Shown here: in pieces, positions 50,664 through 60,673 of the stretch
Layout of the letters: each line of letters starts with the position of its first letter
How positions within the stretch are numbered: the stretch's first letter is position 1
Assembly (NCBI GenBank): GCA_963727455.1
Contig: CAVSGG010000003.1
Span: forward strand, 32,001 to 96,000
DNA length: 64,000 bases
Direction of reading: 5' to 3'
Source of the DNA: Candidatus Krumholzibacteriota bacterium
GTDB lineage: Bacteria; Krumholzibacteriota; Krumholzibacteriia; JAJRXK01
Program-made: the position numbers and the translations under genes
The notes under the pieces: generated by a model
Databases searched by the model: none
Seen by the model: the letters and a program-made list of their open reading frames with translations, nothing else
What the model was told of the DNA's origin: nothing

Positions 50664-52607
50664 TTAAGCGCGCGGCCGCGCCAGGGACTTGTTCAGAAGC
50701 ATCCACATCATCACCGCGAGACCACCCAGGGAGAGAAGGTCGAGCCACCACCCTCCGGTGACCCAAGACTGCGGCATCCAGGGCATCGGGACGTGAGAGA
50801 CGATCAAGATGGCAATGAGAATGCTCGCGATCGCCTCTCCGGCCACCAGCCCGCTGCCGAACAAGAGGCCGCGTTGGATCGCTTGCTGTTGCTCCTGGGC
50901 ATCGTCGCCGCGCCGCTTGGTGCGCGCTTCGACATACTTGTAGACCCCGCCACCGATGATGATGGGGAAGGTGACCGTCCAGGGAAGGTACATCCCCACC
51001 GCCAGGGGCATGGCGTGCAAGCGAAACTTCGTATTGCGGGGTTCGAGGAAGATCCGGTCGATGAGAATGGCGGCCACCCCAACCAGGGCGCCGTAGCCGA
51101 CGAGGTTCCAGGGAATCTGCTCGCCCTTGCCGAAGATTCCTCCCACCAGTTTCTCGAACATGACTCCCTGGGGCGCCTTGAGCGCCTCCACTCCGGCGCG
51201 GGCCGGCTCCCCGATTCCGTAGGCCTTCTGTAAGAGCGTCATGGTGGGCGCGATGATGAAGGCGGGAACGATGGTCCCCAAGATCTCGCCGGTCTGCAGC
51301 GCGCGCGGGGTGGCGCCCACGATGTGTCCGATCTTGAGGTCCTGGCAGATGTCGCCGCTGGTGCAAGTGGCGCAACACACCACTCCGGCCACGCCCAGGG
51401 TGGCAAGCATGCCCGCCTTGCCGGTATAGCCCAGGGCCAAGAGCAGGCCCGCGGTGAAGAGCACGGTGCAAATCGTCATGCCCGACACGGGACTGTTGCT
51501 CGAACCCACCAGTCCCACGATGTAGGCCGCGACCGCCACGAAGAAGAAGCCCAGAATGAAGAGCAGCACCGTGGCCAGTGCGGCCGTGCTCAGATGCGTG
51601 GTCATCATCCAGTAAACGAGGAAGCTCAAGATGATGCTCGCGACGAGCAGAGTGAGAAGCGTGCGGCCGGTGATTCCGCGCTCGGTGCGCGGCATCTTCG
51701 AAGTGTCTTCCAGCCCCATGACGCCGTGCATCGCGGTGCGCAGGGCGGTGCCCATGCTCGGCGCGATCTTGATGATGGAGTAAATGCCGGCCACCACCAT
51801 GGCGCCGATGCCGAAGTAACGAATCTGCGCGTCCCACACGTCCATCAACACTTGGGCAGTGCCACCGCTGAAATCCATACCGTTGGCCAAGAACGGCAGT
51901 GCGCCCACGAAGGCCACCGCGCCGCCCAAGAACACCAGGAGAGATACCTCCCAGCCCACGATGAAACCCACCGCGGCCAGCATGGGCGAAATGTCGGTCC
52001 CCAGGTAGAAACCGGTCTTGCCCACCCTGAAACCCACTTCGACGGTGCCCTTGAAGATCCCCACCACCGAGGCCAGGCCCTTGAAGAGCATGCCCCAACC
52101 CAGCGCGGCAAAGATTCCGCGCATCTCGCTGCCACCCTTGTCGCCCGCCTTTAGGACCTCGGCACAGGCCACTCCTTCGGGAAACACGAGTTCGGGTTGT
52201 TCGATGATCATGGGACGGCGCAGCGGAATCATCATTACGACGCCCATGACTCCGCCGGCAATCGCGATGAGAGTGGTTTCCCAGTAGTTGAAGTGCTGCC
52301 AGATACCCAGGAGCACGATCGCGGGCACGGTGAAGATGATCCCCGCCGCCAAACTCTCGCCCGAAGAGGCGATGGTGTGGACCACGTTGTTCTCCAGGAT
52401 GGTACCGCGGCGCAGCAGTCCACGAAGCACTCCCATGGAGATGACAGAGGCGGGAATCGCGGCGCTCACGGTCATGCCGGCGTACAGTCCGACGTAGATG
52501 TTGGCGGCGCACATGATGATGCTGAGAATCAGGCCCAGGCCCAGAGCGACCGCGGTCAGCTCCGGCAGGCTCTTCTCGGCCGGAATGTAGGGGCGAATCT
52601 CACTCAA
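50664..52607 (-). CDS. OPT-family oligopeptide transporter
   Basis: PELT, YVGLYAGMTVSAAIPA, ENNVV, FPEG, GSSNSPVSG, QDLKIG..VGATP, APQG; TTG start inferred. Confidence 0.93.
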   Translation of the reverse strand: MSEIRPYIPAEKSLPELTAVALGLGLILSIIMCAANIYVGLYAGMTVSAAIPASVISMGVLRGLLRRGTILENNVVHTIASSGESLAAGIIFTVPAIVLLGIWQHFNYWETTLIAIAGGVMGVVMMIPLRRPMIIEQPELVFPEGVACAEVLKAGDKGGSEMRGIFAALGWGMLFKGLASVVGIFKGTVEVGFRVGKTGFYLGTDISPMLAAVGFIVGWEVSLLVFLGGAVAFVGALPFLANGMDFSGGTAQVLMDVWDAQIRYFGIGAMVVAGIYSIIKIAPSMGTALRTAMHGVMGLEDTSKMPRTERGITGRTLLTLLVASIILSFLVYWMMTTHLSTAALATVLLFILGFFFVAVAAYIVGLVGSSNSPVSGMTICTVLFTAGLLLALGYTGKAGMLATLGVAGVVCCATCTSGDICQDLKIGHIVGATPRALQTGEILGTIVPAFIIAPTMTLLQKAYGIGEPARAGVEALKAPQGVMFEKLVGGIFGKGEQIPWNLVGYGALVGVAAILIDRIFLEPRNTKFRLHAMPLAVGMYLPWTVTFPIIIGGGVYKYVEARTKRRGDDAQEQQQAIQRGLLFGSGLVAGEAIASILIAILIVSHVPMPWMPQSWVTGGWWLDLLSLGGLAVMMWMLLNKSLARPRA

Positions 52608-52742
52608 GATGAAACTCCGGATCAGAGGGAATCGGGCAGAGCACTGCGAGTGTGCTGCTTCACCCAAGGACGCGGCAATACAAAATCCGGATTCATTGGC
52701 TCGAAGAAAAGGACTATTCGCCCCGAATTGAAGCGAAGTTGC

Positions 52743-53057
52743 TTAAACCATCGGCTCGTGATGCATGAAGTAGCGCGCCACCATCACCACGAACACGCCA
52801 ACTACCCACAACACCATGGCAAGATAGCCCAAGAGGCGAGCCCAGCGGATTTGATCCTCACCCCGATAGCGGCCAGGGGCCGCCTCTAACGCGCGTTGCG
52901 CGCGCGCGGCCAGGATGAAGCCGAGAATCGTTCCTACCACCGGCATGACCGAGAAGCCCAGCGCGGAGAAGACGAGAGCCCGGATGGCGAGACGATGGAT
53001 GGGAGGGGGCGGCTCTGGAGGCGTTCTTTGCGGGATCTCGCCGGGACTTTCGGCCAT
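52743..53057 (-). CDS. DUF4190-like small membrane protein
   Basis: LAIRALVFSALG...ILGFILA..A...YRGE...ARLLGY pattern, two TM helices. Confidence 0.7.
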   Translation of the reverse strand: MAESPGEIPQRTPPEPPPPIHRLAIRALVFSALGFSVMPVVGTILGFILAARAQRALEAAPGRYRGEDQIRWARLLGYLAMVLWVVGVFVVMVARYFMHHEPMV

Positions 53058-53061
53058 CGTT

Positions 53062-53718
53062 TCACTCCTTCAATTCTTCCAATGCGGGCCGCCCCGGCTT
53101 CAGGGAAAAACGCTCACGGGTGCGGCAGTAGTCGTAGTGACCCATGCGTCCGATGAAGTCCAGTCTCTCCTTGTCCAGATAGAGATTCTCGTCCGCGAGG
53201 CCATCCTCCAGGTGGATACATACCACTTTCCCCAGCACGACGTTCCCACCGGCGGGAGCGCCCGGATTCATGTGGATCACTTGCAGGGTCTCGCATTCGA
53301 AGGCCAGTGGAGAAGCGGCCACCCGGGGCGGAGTGACCACCGTGCTCGCCTTCTGCTTCAGTCCGGAGAACTCGAATTCGCTCTCCCCGTAGGGAAGAGG
53401 CTCGGCGCATCCCACGACGCGGTGAATGATGGAATCGACCGCGACGTTCACCACGAACTCGCCGCTGCCGCCTTCACTCTTCGGCTTGCAGTTGCGCAGA
53501 GTGTCCTTCTCCGCGCCGCGAGCGTCGTTGGCGGGACAGAAGAGCAGGCTCATCGGATCGCTTCCCACGCCGTTGAAGAAGGAGAAGGGAGCCAGATTGA
53601 GACTCCCATCCGGAGAGATGGTCGAAACGAGGGCGATGGGACGCGGCGCGATGCCTTGGATCAAGAGCTTGTAGCGCTGACGAGTCTCCAGCTCCCCGGG
53701 GAACAGGGCTCTACTCAT
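53062..53718 (-). CDS. Flavin reductase family protein
   Basis: PRPIALVST, NLAPFSFFN, KDTLRN, EFVVN, ESEF, GRMG..DY. Confidence 0.9.
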   Translation of the reverse strand: MSRALFPGELETRQRYKLLIQGIAPRPIALVSTISPDGSLNLAPFSFFNGVGSDPMSLLFCPANDARGAEKDTLRNCKPKSEGGSGEFVVNVAVDSIIHRVVGCAEPLPYGESEFEFSGLKQKASTVVTPPRVAASPLAFECETLQVIHMNPGAPAGGNVVLGKVVCIHLEDGLADENLYLDKERLDFIGRMGHYDYCRTRERFSLKPGRPALEELKE

Positions 53719-53816
53719 ATTTTGACTCCAGGTCTGAAGCGGAGGCCCTGTAGTATCGAGACCCAGAGCCCTCAGTGTCTAGCTTGAAGCTAAGCCGCAA
53801 GCGAAAGAAGGCTACT

Positions 53817-54515
53817 TTGAAGAGAATCCGCGACCGCCTGATCATCTTCGACATCGACGGAACTCTGCTGCTGAGCGGAACGGTAGCTCGGGAGTTGTTT
53901 GAGCGGGCCTTCGAAGAGGTCTTTGCAATGCCGCCGCTTCTGAACGATCTCTCGTTCGCGGGACGTTGCGATCGCGGCGTGGTGTCTCTCCTCTTGCAGC
54001 GCGCGCAGGCGAGCGAACGGCTCGCCAGCGAGTTTCCGCGTTTCGCGGCGCGCTACGCCGTGCTCATGCGCGAACAGTACCCCACCGCGAGAGGGCCCCG
54101 CCTGATGCCCGGCGCGAAGGAACTCTTGTTCGCGCTGCAAGAGAAGCCCGAGGTAGTGCTGATGATCGGCAGCGGCAATCTGCCACAGACCGCGCAAGTC
54201 AAGTTAGAGCGCTTCGGACTGGACACCTTCTTCGTGCACGGCGTGTACGGAGATCTTCACGAAGAGAGGGCTCCACTCTTCGCGTCCGCCCTGGAGCTGG
54301 CGCGCGAGGAACTCGGCTGGAGCGGGGCGCGTGAGCGCTCATGGATCGTCGGTGACACCGTCAGCGACATCGAGGCGGCCCGCGAAGTCGGCGTGAAGTG
54401 CCTCGCGGTCGCAACTGGCCCCACTCCGGCGGATCTCTTGCTAGAGGCACGGCCCGATTCTCTTTTCCCCGATCTCTCCGCCCTAGAAGACGTCCTCGCT
54501 GTCCTCTTGGCCTGA
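53817..54515 (+). CDS. HAD-family hydrolase
   Basis: IFDIDGTLL, SGN, VGDTVSDIEAA, AVATG; TTG start inferred. Confidence 0.88.
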   Translation: MKRIRDRLIIFDIDGTLLLSGTVARELFERAFEEVFAMPPLLNDLSFAGRCDRGVVSLLLQRAQASERLASEFPRFAARYAVLMREQYPTARGPRLMPGAKELLFALQEKPEVVLMIGSGNLPQTAQVKLERFGLDTFFVHGVYGDLHEERAPLFASALELAREELGWSGARERSWIVGDTVSDIEAAREVGVKCLAVATGPTPADLLLEARPDSLFPDLSALEDVLAVLLA

Positions 54516-55859
54516 TTCCTCCACCAGGGAGCGATTCTCAGGCGCCGGCTGCTCGGCCGCTTCGGCCAGGCGAGCCGCGTCGCCGTTGCGCAGGTGGATG
54601 TCGCGCTGAGGAAATGGAATCTCGATGCCGGCCTCTTTGAGCTTGTACCAGATGCTGAAGAGCAGCTCACTGCGCACTCTGGGTTCCAGCATCTCGTCGT
54701 TCAACCAGGCGCGCAGTTCGAAGTCGATCGAAGAATCGCCGAAGTTGCGAAAGAGGACACGCGGCTTGGGCTGGGGCAAGAGCTCCGGGTTCTCCTTGGC
54801 CGCGTCCACGAGAACCTTCTCCACTTCCCTCGGATCGGATCCGTAACTCACGCCAACGCGAATGTCGATGCGGACCTTCGAATCGCTCAGGCTGTAGTTG
54901 GTCACCGGGTTGGCGACCAGGAGCTTGTTGGGCACCACGATCTCGTGTCCGCTGCGGTTGCGCACGACCGAGCTGCGCAGTCCGATGCGCAGTACCTTGG
55001 CCACGCCACCCTCCATCGAGACGATGTCACCGCGCTTGATCGTGCGCTCGAAAAGCAGAATGAGGCCGCTGGCGAAGTTCTGCACCAAATCCTGCAGCCC
55101 GAAGCCGATGCCCACGCCCAAAGCGCCCAAGCCAATCTGCAGAGTGCCCAGGTCGAAACCGATGGTATCCAGGGCCACCATCACTCCGACCACGATGAGC
55201 ACGTAACGCAGCACGGTCCCCAGCGCTTCGCTCAACGGGCGGTCCATCCCCATTCTCGGGAGCACTCGTCCGCCCAGGAGGTCCCCCAGAAAGCGAGCCC
55301 CAGCGAAGAAGAGGAGCAAAAGAGCGATCCCCAGAAGCACGGAGAGGCTGGAGATGTCGCGCTCGGCGAGGTGAAACAGAGGCCGGTTGAGCCAGGCGAG
55401 CAAGCTTCCCAGGGCTCCGATTTGCTGCAATCCGGCCAGCACGAAGAGCACCGGCAAAACCACGAAGCGGATGCGGGCCTTGCGACGCGGATCGGATACC
55501 AGAACGCGCGAGAGCGCGCTGATGATCCGGAACACGAGGAAGAACCCCAAAACCGGCAGAACCCGGCTTTCCTCGACCGCCACCTGGGGCGCGTACGCGC
55601 GGATGAGCCAATCCATCAGGGAGAGAACCGCGACGGCCACCAGGGGCCAGATCGCCACGTGCACCACGACCATCGAGAGCATTCTCAAACTGCGCTGGCC
55701 GGGGGGCTCGCCCTGGATGCGCCGGCGAAGAGGGCGACAGAAAAGGCGCGCCAGGGGATAGGTGAGAAGAGTGAGCGCCAAGAGAATGGCCAGATCCCGC
55801 ACCCAACTCGGTTGCGAAAGATCGGTCAACACCTGCATGCTCAAGAGGGAATGTTCCAT
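54483..55859 (-). CDS. mscS: Mechanosensitive channel, MscS family
   Basis: GALGVGIGFGLQDLVQNFASGLILLFER, VPN, VGVSYGSD, FGDSS, IEIPFPQRDIH. Confidence 0.9.
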   Translation of the reverse strand: MEHSLLSMQVLTDLSQPSWVRDLAILLALTLLTYPLARLFCRPLRRRIQGEPPGQRSLRMLSMVVVHVAIWPLVAVAVLSLMDWLIRAYAPQVAVEESRVLPVLGFFLVFRIISALSRVLVSDPRRKARIRFVVLPVLFVLAGLQQIGALGSLLAWLNRPLFHLAERDISSLSVLLGIALLLLFFAGARFLGDLLGGRVLPRMGMDRPLSEALGTVLRYVLIVVGVMVALDTIGFDLGTLQIGLGALGVGIGFGLQDLVQNFASGLILLFERTIKRGDIVSMEGGVAKVLRIGLRSSVVRNRSGHEIVVPNKLLVANPVTNYSLSDSKVRIDIRVGVSYGSDPREVEKVLVDAAKENPELLPQPKPRVLFRNFGDSSIDFELRAWLNDEMLEPRVRSELLFSIWYKLKEAGIEIPFPQRDIHLRNGDAARLAEAAEQPAPENRSLVEESGQEDSEDVF

Positions 55860-55865
55860 GGAACC

Positions 55866-56675
55866 TCAGTGGAAAAAGCGGGCTTTCAAGACGCCGAAGC
55901 TGGGGGCTTCGCTGGGCACCATCGTGTCGATCTGCACTTCGAGCACGAGATCGAAGAGAAGGATGTTGTCCTGGATGGAAGGGCAGGCTTGGGGGTCGGA
56001 AATGCCGTACAAGTACAGCATGCCACTCGTGCCGTCCAGCAGAAAGCTGCAGGCGTTGGTGCCGTCGTAGCAGTTGGCCGAACTGTCTCCGGCCGGAATG
56101 ATGGACGCGTCCATGGTGGCGTTGGGATCGGACAGCAGCACCAGGAGTTCGTTGCCGGTATGAATGTTGTAGGAGGTGAGATCGACCTGGTAGTTCTCTC
56201 CGGAGAATCCGGGGTTGCTGAGGATGGGCACGTCGACCCCGGTCACGAAGCCGAAGTTGCTCTGGTCGATCGCGCTGTAGAAGTCGACCGCGATGGTGCC
56301 GGGGTAGGAGGCGCCCAAGTCGATGACGGCAAAACTGACCCCCTTCAGATCGAGGGAGTCCGTGTCGGCCTGCGGCGGGTAGATGGTCCCGGCGGCTTCC
56401 GTGGGGTACAGCCCCAGCGTATGATCGATGCTGGGCACCCCATCGCTCCCGCAGTTCAGAACGCGCGGCTGAAGGGAAATCGCGGGGAAGGCTGCGCTCG
56501 GCGCGGCCGCCTCTCCCGAGGGACGAGAGCGGGCCGCGATCTGCCGGGAGAGTTGCGAGGGCACGACGGTCGCCGGGGTCGACCGCAGTCGCACGCCGGT
56601 CGCCTCGCGCGCCCAGGCCTCCCTTGCGGCGAGAAGACTCAGAAAAACGACCAACACCAAAGGTAGCTTGCGCAT
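55866..56675 (-). CDS. Secreted hypothetical protein with C-terminal SFGxxKxxF motif
   Basis: RBS AGGAG, signal peptide, acidic Cys-containing domain, ends VPSEAPSFGVLKARFFH. Confidence 0.78.
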   Translation of the reverse strand: MRKLPLVLVVFLSLLAAREAWAREATGVRLRSTPATVVPSQLSRQIAARSRPSGEAAAPSAAFPAISLQPRVLNCGSDGVPSIDHTLGLYPTEAAGTIYPPQADTDSLDLKGVSFAVIDLGASYPGTIAVDFYSAIDQSNFGFVTGVDVPILSNPGFSGENYQVDLTSYNIHTGNELLVLLSDPNATMDASIIPAGDSSANCYDGTNACSFLLDGTSGMLYLYGISDPQACPSIQDNILLFDLVLEVQIDTMVPSEAPSFGVLKARFFH

Positions 56676-56867
56676 GCTCGGGCTCCTGGGGAATGTGGTG
56701 CCATCTCGTAGCCATCGCGTCGGAATACGATGACTTCAGTGTAGTGACCTCTCTCGCGTCAGGGCAAGGACGCAGCACAAGCACCGAGATTGATGCAGCC
56801 GGAGCGACGTGCTAGCCTCTCTGCCTAACTTGGCATTCCTTCTCCTACCCACGGACTCGATCGATTC

Positions 56868-57623
56868 ATGAGCCGCATTCGAATTTGCCTTCTGCTGCTT
56901 TGCGCAATGCTGAGTCTTGCCCCGGCGCAAGAAGCGCGCGCCACGGTGGGTTGGGAGCATTTTGCCGCACCCGCGGTGGTCGCCGGCGCCCGGCTTCTCT
57001 CTCCGAATCTGAAGGTGTTGCTCGAATACGAGTACGGTCATCTCGCTCTGAGCGATCTGGCCAACTTTTCGAGCTACCGCATCACCGGCACGGGTACGCT
57101 CGACACCTATCGCGACTATCGCTATGCACTGCGCAGCGAGAACACGAATGGTTTCCGGCTCGGCATTCGCCTGCGCGAGCAACTCGATCTCTACTGGACG
57201 CGCATGGCTGCCGACAGCCGTTACCAGGTGTGGGTGGACGGCGAGGAGCAGGTTTCCGATCCCGCGGGAGTTCCGCGCGTGGACCTACCGAAGGTACATG
57301 TGCGCCAGGACATTCTCAGCGCGGGTTGGCACTTCCGTTCCTTGCAGTGGCAGCGAATCTCGCCCACCGTGCACGCTGGTGTGGGATGGACGCTCACGAG
57401 TCAGGACGAGGGCTTTCAGGCGACCTACCGGCCGGCCGTCGACAACAGCGACAGCCGCTTGACCCTGGAATTGGGAGGCGGACTCGATTGGAATTGGCGC
57501 AAGATCGAAATCGGAATCGATGTGCGGACCTCTACCTTCCGCTGGGAATCCAAGGATAACCAGGTGTCCGCTTCACAGATCTGGACGTGGATGGGAAGCC
57601 TCCACGGCGGCATTTTGTTCTAG
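56868..57623 (+). CDS. Outer-membrane beta-barrel-like protein
   Basis: Signal peptide, alternating aromatic/hydrophobic strands, C-terminal Phe (GILF). Confidence 0.7.
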   Translation: MSRIRICLLLLCAMLSLAPAQEARATVGWEHFAAPAVVAGARLLSPNLKVLLEYEYGHLALSDLANFSSYRITGTGTLDTYRDYRYALRSENTNGFRLGIRLREQLDLYWTRMAADSRYQVWVDGEEQVSDPAGVPRVDLPKVHVRQDILSAGWHFRSLQWQRISPTVHAGVGWTLTSQDEGFQATYRPAVDNSDSRLTLELGGGLDWNWRKIEIGIDVRTSTFRWESKDNQVSASQIWTWMGSLHGGILF

Positions 57624-57652
57624 CGGTTCACTGTCGGCGCGGTCGCGCCTTA

Positions 57653-57874
57653 TCAATAATCGTCGTCGTCGTCGACGAAATCGCCGTCGAGAACCTCGTC
57701 ATCCAGATCCTCGTCATCGAGGTCCTCGTCATCGAGATCATCATCATCCAGGAGGTCCTCATCGTCGAGCTCGTCGTCGTCGAGTTCGTCCTCGAATCCC
57801 TCGTTGTCGAAATCATCATCGAAGTCGTCCGCGATGGCGAGATAACGCCGGGCCGATTTCATTTCCACGCTCAT
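57653..57874 (-). CDS. Small hyper-acidic protein
   Basis: RBS GGAGAGGT, ATG; about 40 of the last 58 residues are D/E, with LDDED repeats. Confidence 0.65.
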   Translation of the reverse strand: MSVEMKSARRYLAIADDFDDDFDNEGFEDELDDDELDDEDLLDDDDLDDEDLDDEDLDDEVLDGDFVDDDDDY

Positions 57875-57979
57875 CGTACCTCTCCGTAGATCTGAACGTT
57901 GAACGATCTGAGTTGGGATCCAACCAGAGACACTTCCGCTAGATAGTCTTTCCGCCCAGGGCGCCGCAAGAGAAAAATC

Positions 57980-58534
57980 TCAGCCCTTGAGGACCCCCAC
58001 AAAGGGGAGGTGGCGGTACTTTTCCTGCCAGTCCAGGCCGTAGCCGATCACGAACTCGCTGGGGATGTCGAAGCCGACCCAGTCGACCGGAACCTCGATG
58101 ACCCTGGCCTTCACCTTGTTGAGGAGGGCCACCACCTTGAGCGAGTTCGGGCGCCGAGCCCTCAGAATCTGCAGAAGATAGGCCAGGGTGTGGCCCGTAT
58201 CGACGATGTCCTCCACCAGGATCACATCCCGGCTGGTGATGTCCTCCTTGAGGTCCTTTACGATTCGCACCACGCCGCTGGACTCGGCCTGGCCGTGGTA
58301 GGAGCTTACGCTCAAGAAGTCGATCTCGTGCAGCAAGGACAGCCGGCGCTGCAGATCGGCGTGGAACATCACCCCGCCCTTGAGAATGCTCACCACGATG
58401 GGGACGCGGCCTTCGTACTCGGCCGAGATCTCCCGGCCCAATTCCGTGACCCGCCGTTGGATGTCCTCGCTCGAGATGAGGACACGGTCGATCAAGGGAT
58501 CACGATCCACGTATTCCTGGTCGTCGAACGTCAC
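57980..58534 (-). CDS. hpt: Hypoxanthine phosphoribosyltransferase
   Basis: ILKGG, VSSY, ILVEDIVDTGHTL, FVIGYGLD...YRHLP. Confidence 0.95.
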   Translation of the reverse strand: MTFDDQEYVDRDPLIDRVLISSEDIQRRVTELGREISAEYEGRVPIVVSILKGGVMFHADLQRRLSLLHEIDFLSVSSYHGQAESSGVVRIVKDLKEDITSRDVILVEDIVDTGHTLAYLLQILRARRPNSLKVVALLNKVKARVIEVPVDWVGFDIPSEFVIGYGLDWQEKYRHLPFVGVLKG

Positions 58535-59208
58535 TCGTTTGCTCCTTGGTAACCCGCTTCGGCCCGACCTCGTTGGATGAGGATGTCTTGAACCTTGGCG
58601 CAGATCATGTCGATCGCCACCGTATTGTGGCCTCCCTCGGGAATGATGAGCTGAGCGTAGCGCTTGCTCGGCTCCACGAACTGTAGATGCATAGGCTTCA
58701 CCGTCTCGCGGTACTGGCGAATCACCGAATCCATGCTGCGCCCGCGTTCGGAAATGTCGCGTTCGAGGCGCCGAATGAAACGTTCGTCATCTTCCACGTC
58801 GACGTACAGGCGGATGTCCATCTGTCCGCGCAGCTCGGGGCTTTCCAGGACGAGGATGCCTTCCACGAAGAGAATGTCAGCGGGCGTCACCGGCTCCACC
58901 TGGTCGCTGCGACGCTGGGTGGTGAAGTCATAGACAGGAACAGCGACTTTCTTGCCCGCGCGCAGCGCGGCCAGGTGCTGCACCAGAAGGGAAGTCTCGA
59001 ACGCTCCCGGATGGTCGTAGTTGATGCGGTGGCGCTCCGATGCGCTCAGATCGGGCCGGTCGAGATAGTAGGAATCATGGTGGATGATCTCCACCGTCTT
59101 GCGCGGAAAGCGCTCTCGCACTTTGAGAGCGACCGTGGTCTTGCCACTGCCGCTCCCCCCACCGATTCCGATGATGACGGGGGGATGCTGGATGTCCGAG
59201 GTGGTCAT
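58531..59208 (-). CDS. udk: Uridine kinase
   Basis: GIGGGSGSGKTT, NYDHP, VEGIL, RRLERD...RGR, VKPMHLQFVEPSKRYA. Confidence 0.95.
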   Translation of the reverse strand: MTTSDIQHPPVIIGIGGGSGSGKTTVALKVRERFPRKTVEIIHHDSYYLDRPDLSASERHRINYDHPGAFETSLLVQHLAALRAGKKVAVPVYDFTTQRRSDQVEPVTPADILFVEGILVLESPELRGQMDIRLYVDVEDDERFIRRLERDISERGRSMDSVIRQYRETVKPMHLQFVEPSKRYAQLIIPEGGHNTVAIDMICAKVQDILIQRGRAEAGYQGANE

Positions 59209-59407
59209 GGTTGTCACTCTTCGTGATCGCCGCAGCAGTGGATCCTTGCAGAGCAGCTGGTTTGCCCGAGACGAGCTTCCACGACTTCGGACACGAGTAG
59301 CCTAGCGGCGCAAGCTGGGGGCGTCAACGGGACGCGTCGTGTGCTGCCGAGCCCTCGTGCCGTGGCGAGACGCGCCGTGTTCGAGGCCAGGATGGTCCAG
59401 GACCGGC

Positions 59408-59436
59408 TTGACACTGCGAATTTCGTTGCGGATGAT
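59408..59436 (+). promoter_or_regulatory. sigma70-type promoter for nupC
   Basis: TTGACA-17-GATGAT, ending 7 nt before the ATG at 59444. Confidence 0.5.
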
Positions 59437-59443
59437 CAAACCC

Positions 59444-60673
59444 ATGACACATCTCGTGGGGCTCTTGGGCCTCGTCGTTCTCATGGGGCTCGCCTGGCTC
59501 TTCTCCACCAACCGCCGGGCTGTTGATTGGCGGCTGGTCGGCTCCGGCCTCCTCTTGCAGCTTGCCTTTGCCGCGATCGTCCTACTCCTCCCTCCCGGCC
59601 GGGCCTTCTTCGACTTGATTCGCCAGGTCGTCACCCGTTTTCTGGCCTTCACCTACGAGGGCAGCGAATTTGTCTTCGGCGATCTGGCCCGGCCCAATGG
59701 AAGCGTGGGGATGGTCTTCGCCTTTTACGTGCTGCCCTCGATCATCTTCTTCAGTGCCACCATGTCGGTGCTCTACCATCTGGGCATCATGCAGCGGGTG
59801 GTTTCGGTCATGGCGCGCTTCATGACCCGCGTCATGGGGGTGAGCGGCAGCGAGAGCCTCTCGGTGGCGGCCAACGTCTTCATCGGCCAGACCGAAGCCC
59901 CCCTGGTGGTGCGGCCCTACATCGCGCAGATGACCCAGGCGGAATTGATGGTGCTGATGACCGGGGGCTTCGCCACCATCGCCGGCAGCGTCCTGGCCGG
60001 GTACATCTCCTTCGGAATCGACGCGGGCCATCTCCTGGCGGCCAGCGTGATGAGCGCGCCCGCCGCCCTCGTCATCGCGCGCATCATGGTCCCCGAGACC
60101 GAGGAGAGCCTCACCCGGGGCAAGGTTCAGCTCCATCTGCCCAAGACCACCGCGAATTTGGTGGAAGCGGCGGCCGAGGGCTGCTCGCAGGGGATGAAGC
60201 TGGCCCTGAACGTGGCCGCCATGCTCATCGGGTTCATCGCGCTCATCGCGGTCTTCGACGCCATCTTGGGCAAGGGGGCCTCTCTTATCGGACTCAGCTG
60301 GTGGCCGTCCAGCCTGCACGAGCTCTTTGGCTACCTGCTGTGGCCCATCGCGTGGGTGATGGGGGTTCCGGCCCACGACTGCTTCAAGTTCGCCGGACTC
60401 TTGGGCACCAAGATCTCCATCAACGAATTCGTGGCCTACGCCGACCTGGCCAAATACGAGCACACCGCAGCCCTCAGCCCGCGCGCTTCGGTCATCGCCA
60501 CCTACGCACTGTGCGGCTTCGCCAACTTCGGCAGCATCGGCATCCAGCTGGGGGGCATCGGACCTTTGGCCCCCGAACGTCGCGGGGACCTGGCCCGTCT
60601 GGGCCTACGGGCCATGATCGGCGGCGCGCTCGCCTCCTGGATGACCGCCACCATCGCCGGCCTCATGATCTGA
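59444..60673 (+). CDS. nupC: Concentrative nucleoside transporter (NupC family)
   Basis: FIGQTEAPL, GGFATIAGSVL, SVMSAPAA, INEFVAY, YALCGFANFGSIGI. Confidence 0.93.
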   Translation: MTHLVGLLGLVVLMGLAWLFSTNRRAVDWRLVGSGLLLQLAFAAIVLLLPPGRAFFDLIRQVVTRFLAFTYEGSEFVFGDLARPNGSVGMVFAFYVLPSIIFFSATMSVLYHLGIMQRVVSVMARFMTRVMGVSGSESLSVAANVFIGQTEAPLVVRPYIAQMTQAELMVLMTGGFATIAGSVLAGYISFGIDAGHLLAASVMSAPAALVIARIMVPETEESLTRGKVQLHLPKTTANLVEAAAEGCSQGMKLALNVAAMLIGFIALIAVFDAILGKGASLIGLSWWPSSLHELFGYLLWPIAWVMGVPAHDCFKFAGLLGTKISINEFVAYADLAKYEHTAALSPRASVIATYALCGFANFGSIGIQLGGIGPLAPERRGDLARLGLRAMIGGALASWMTATIAGLMI

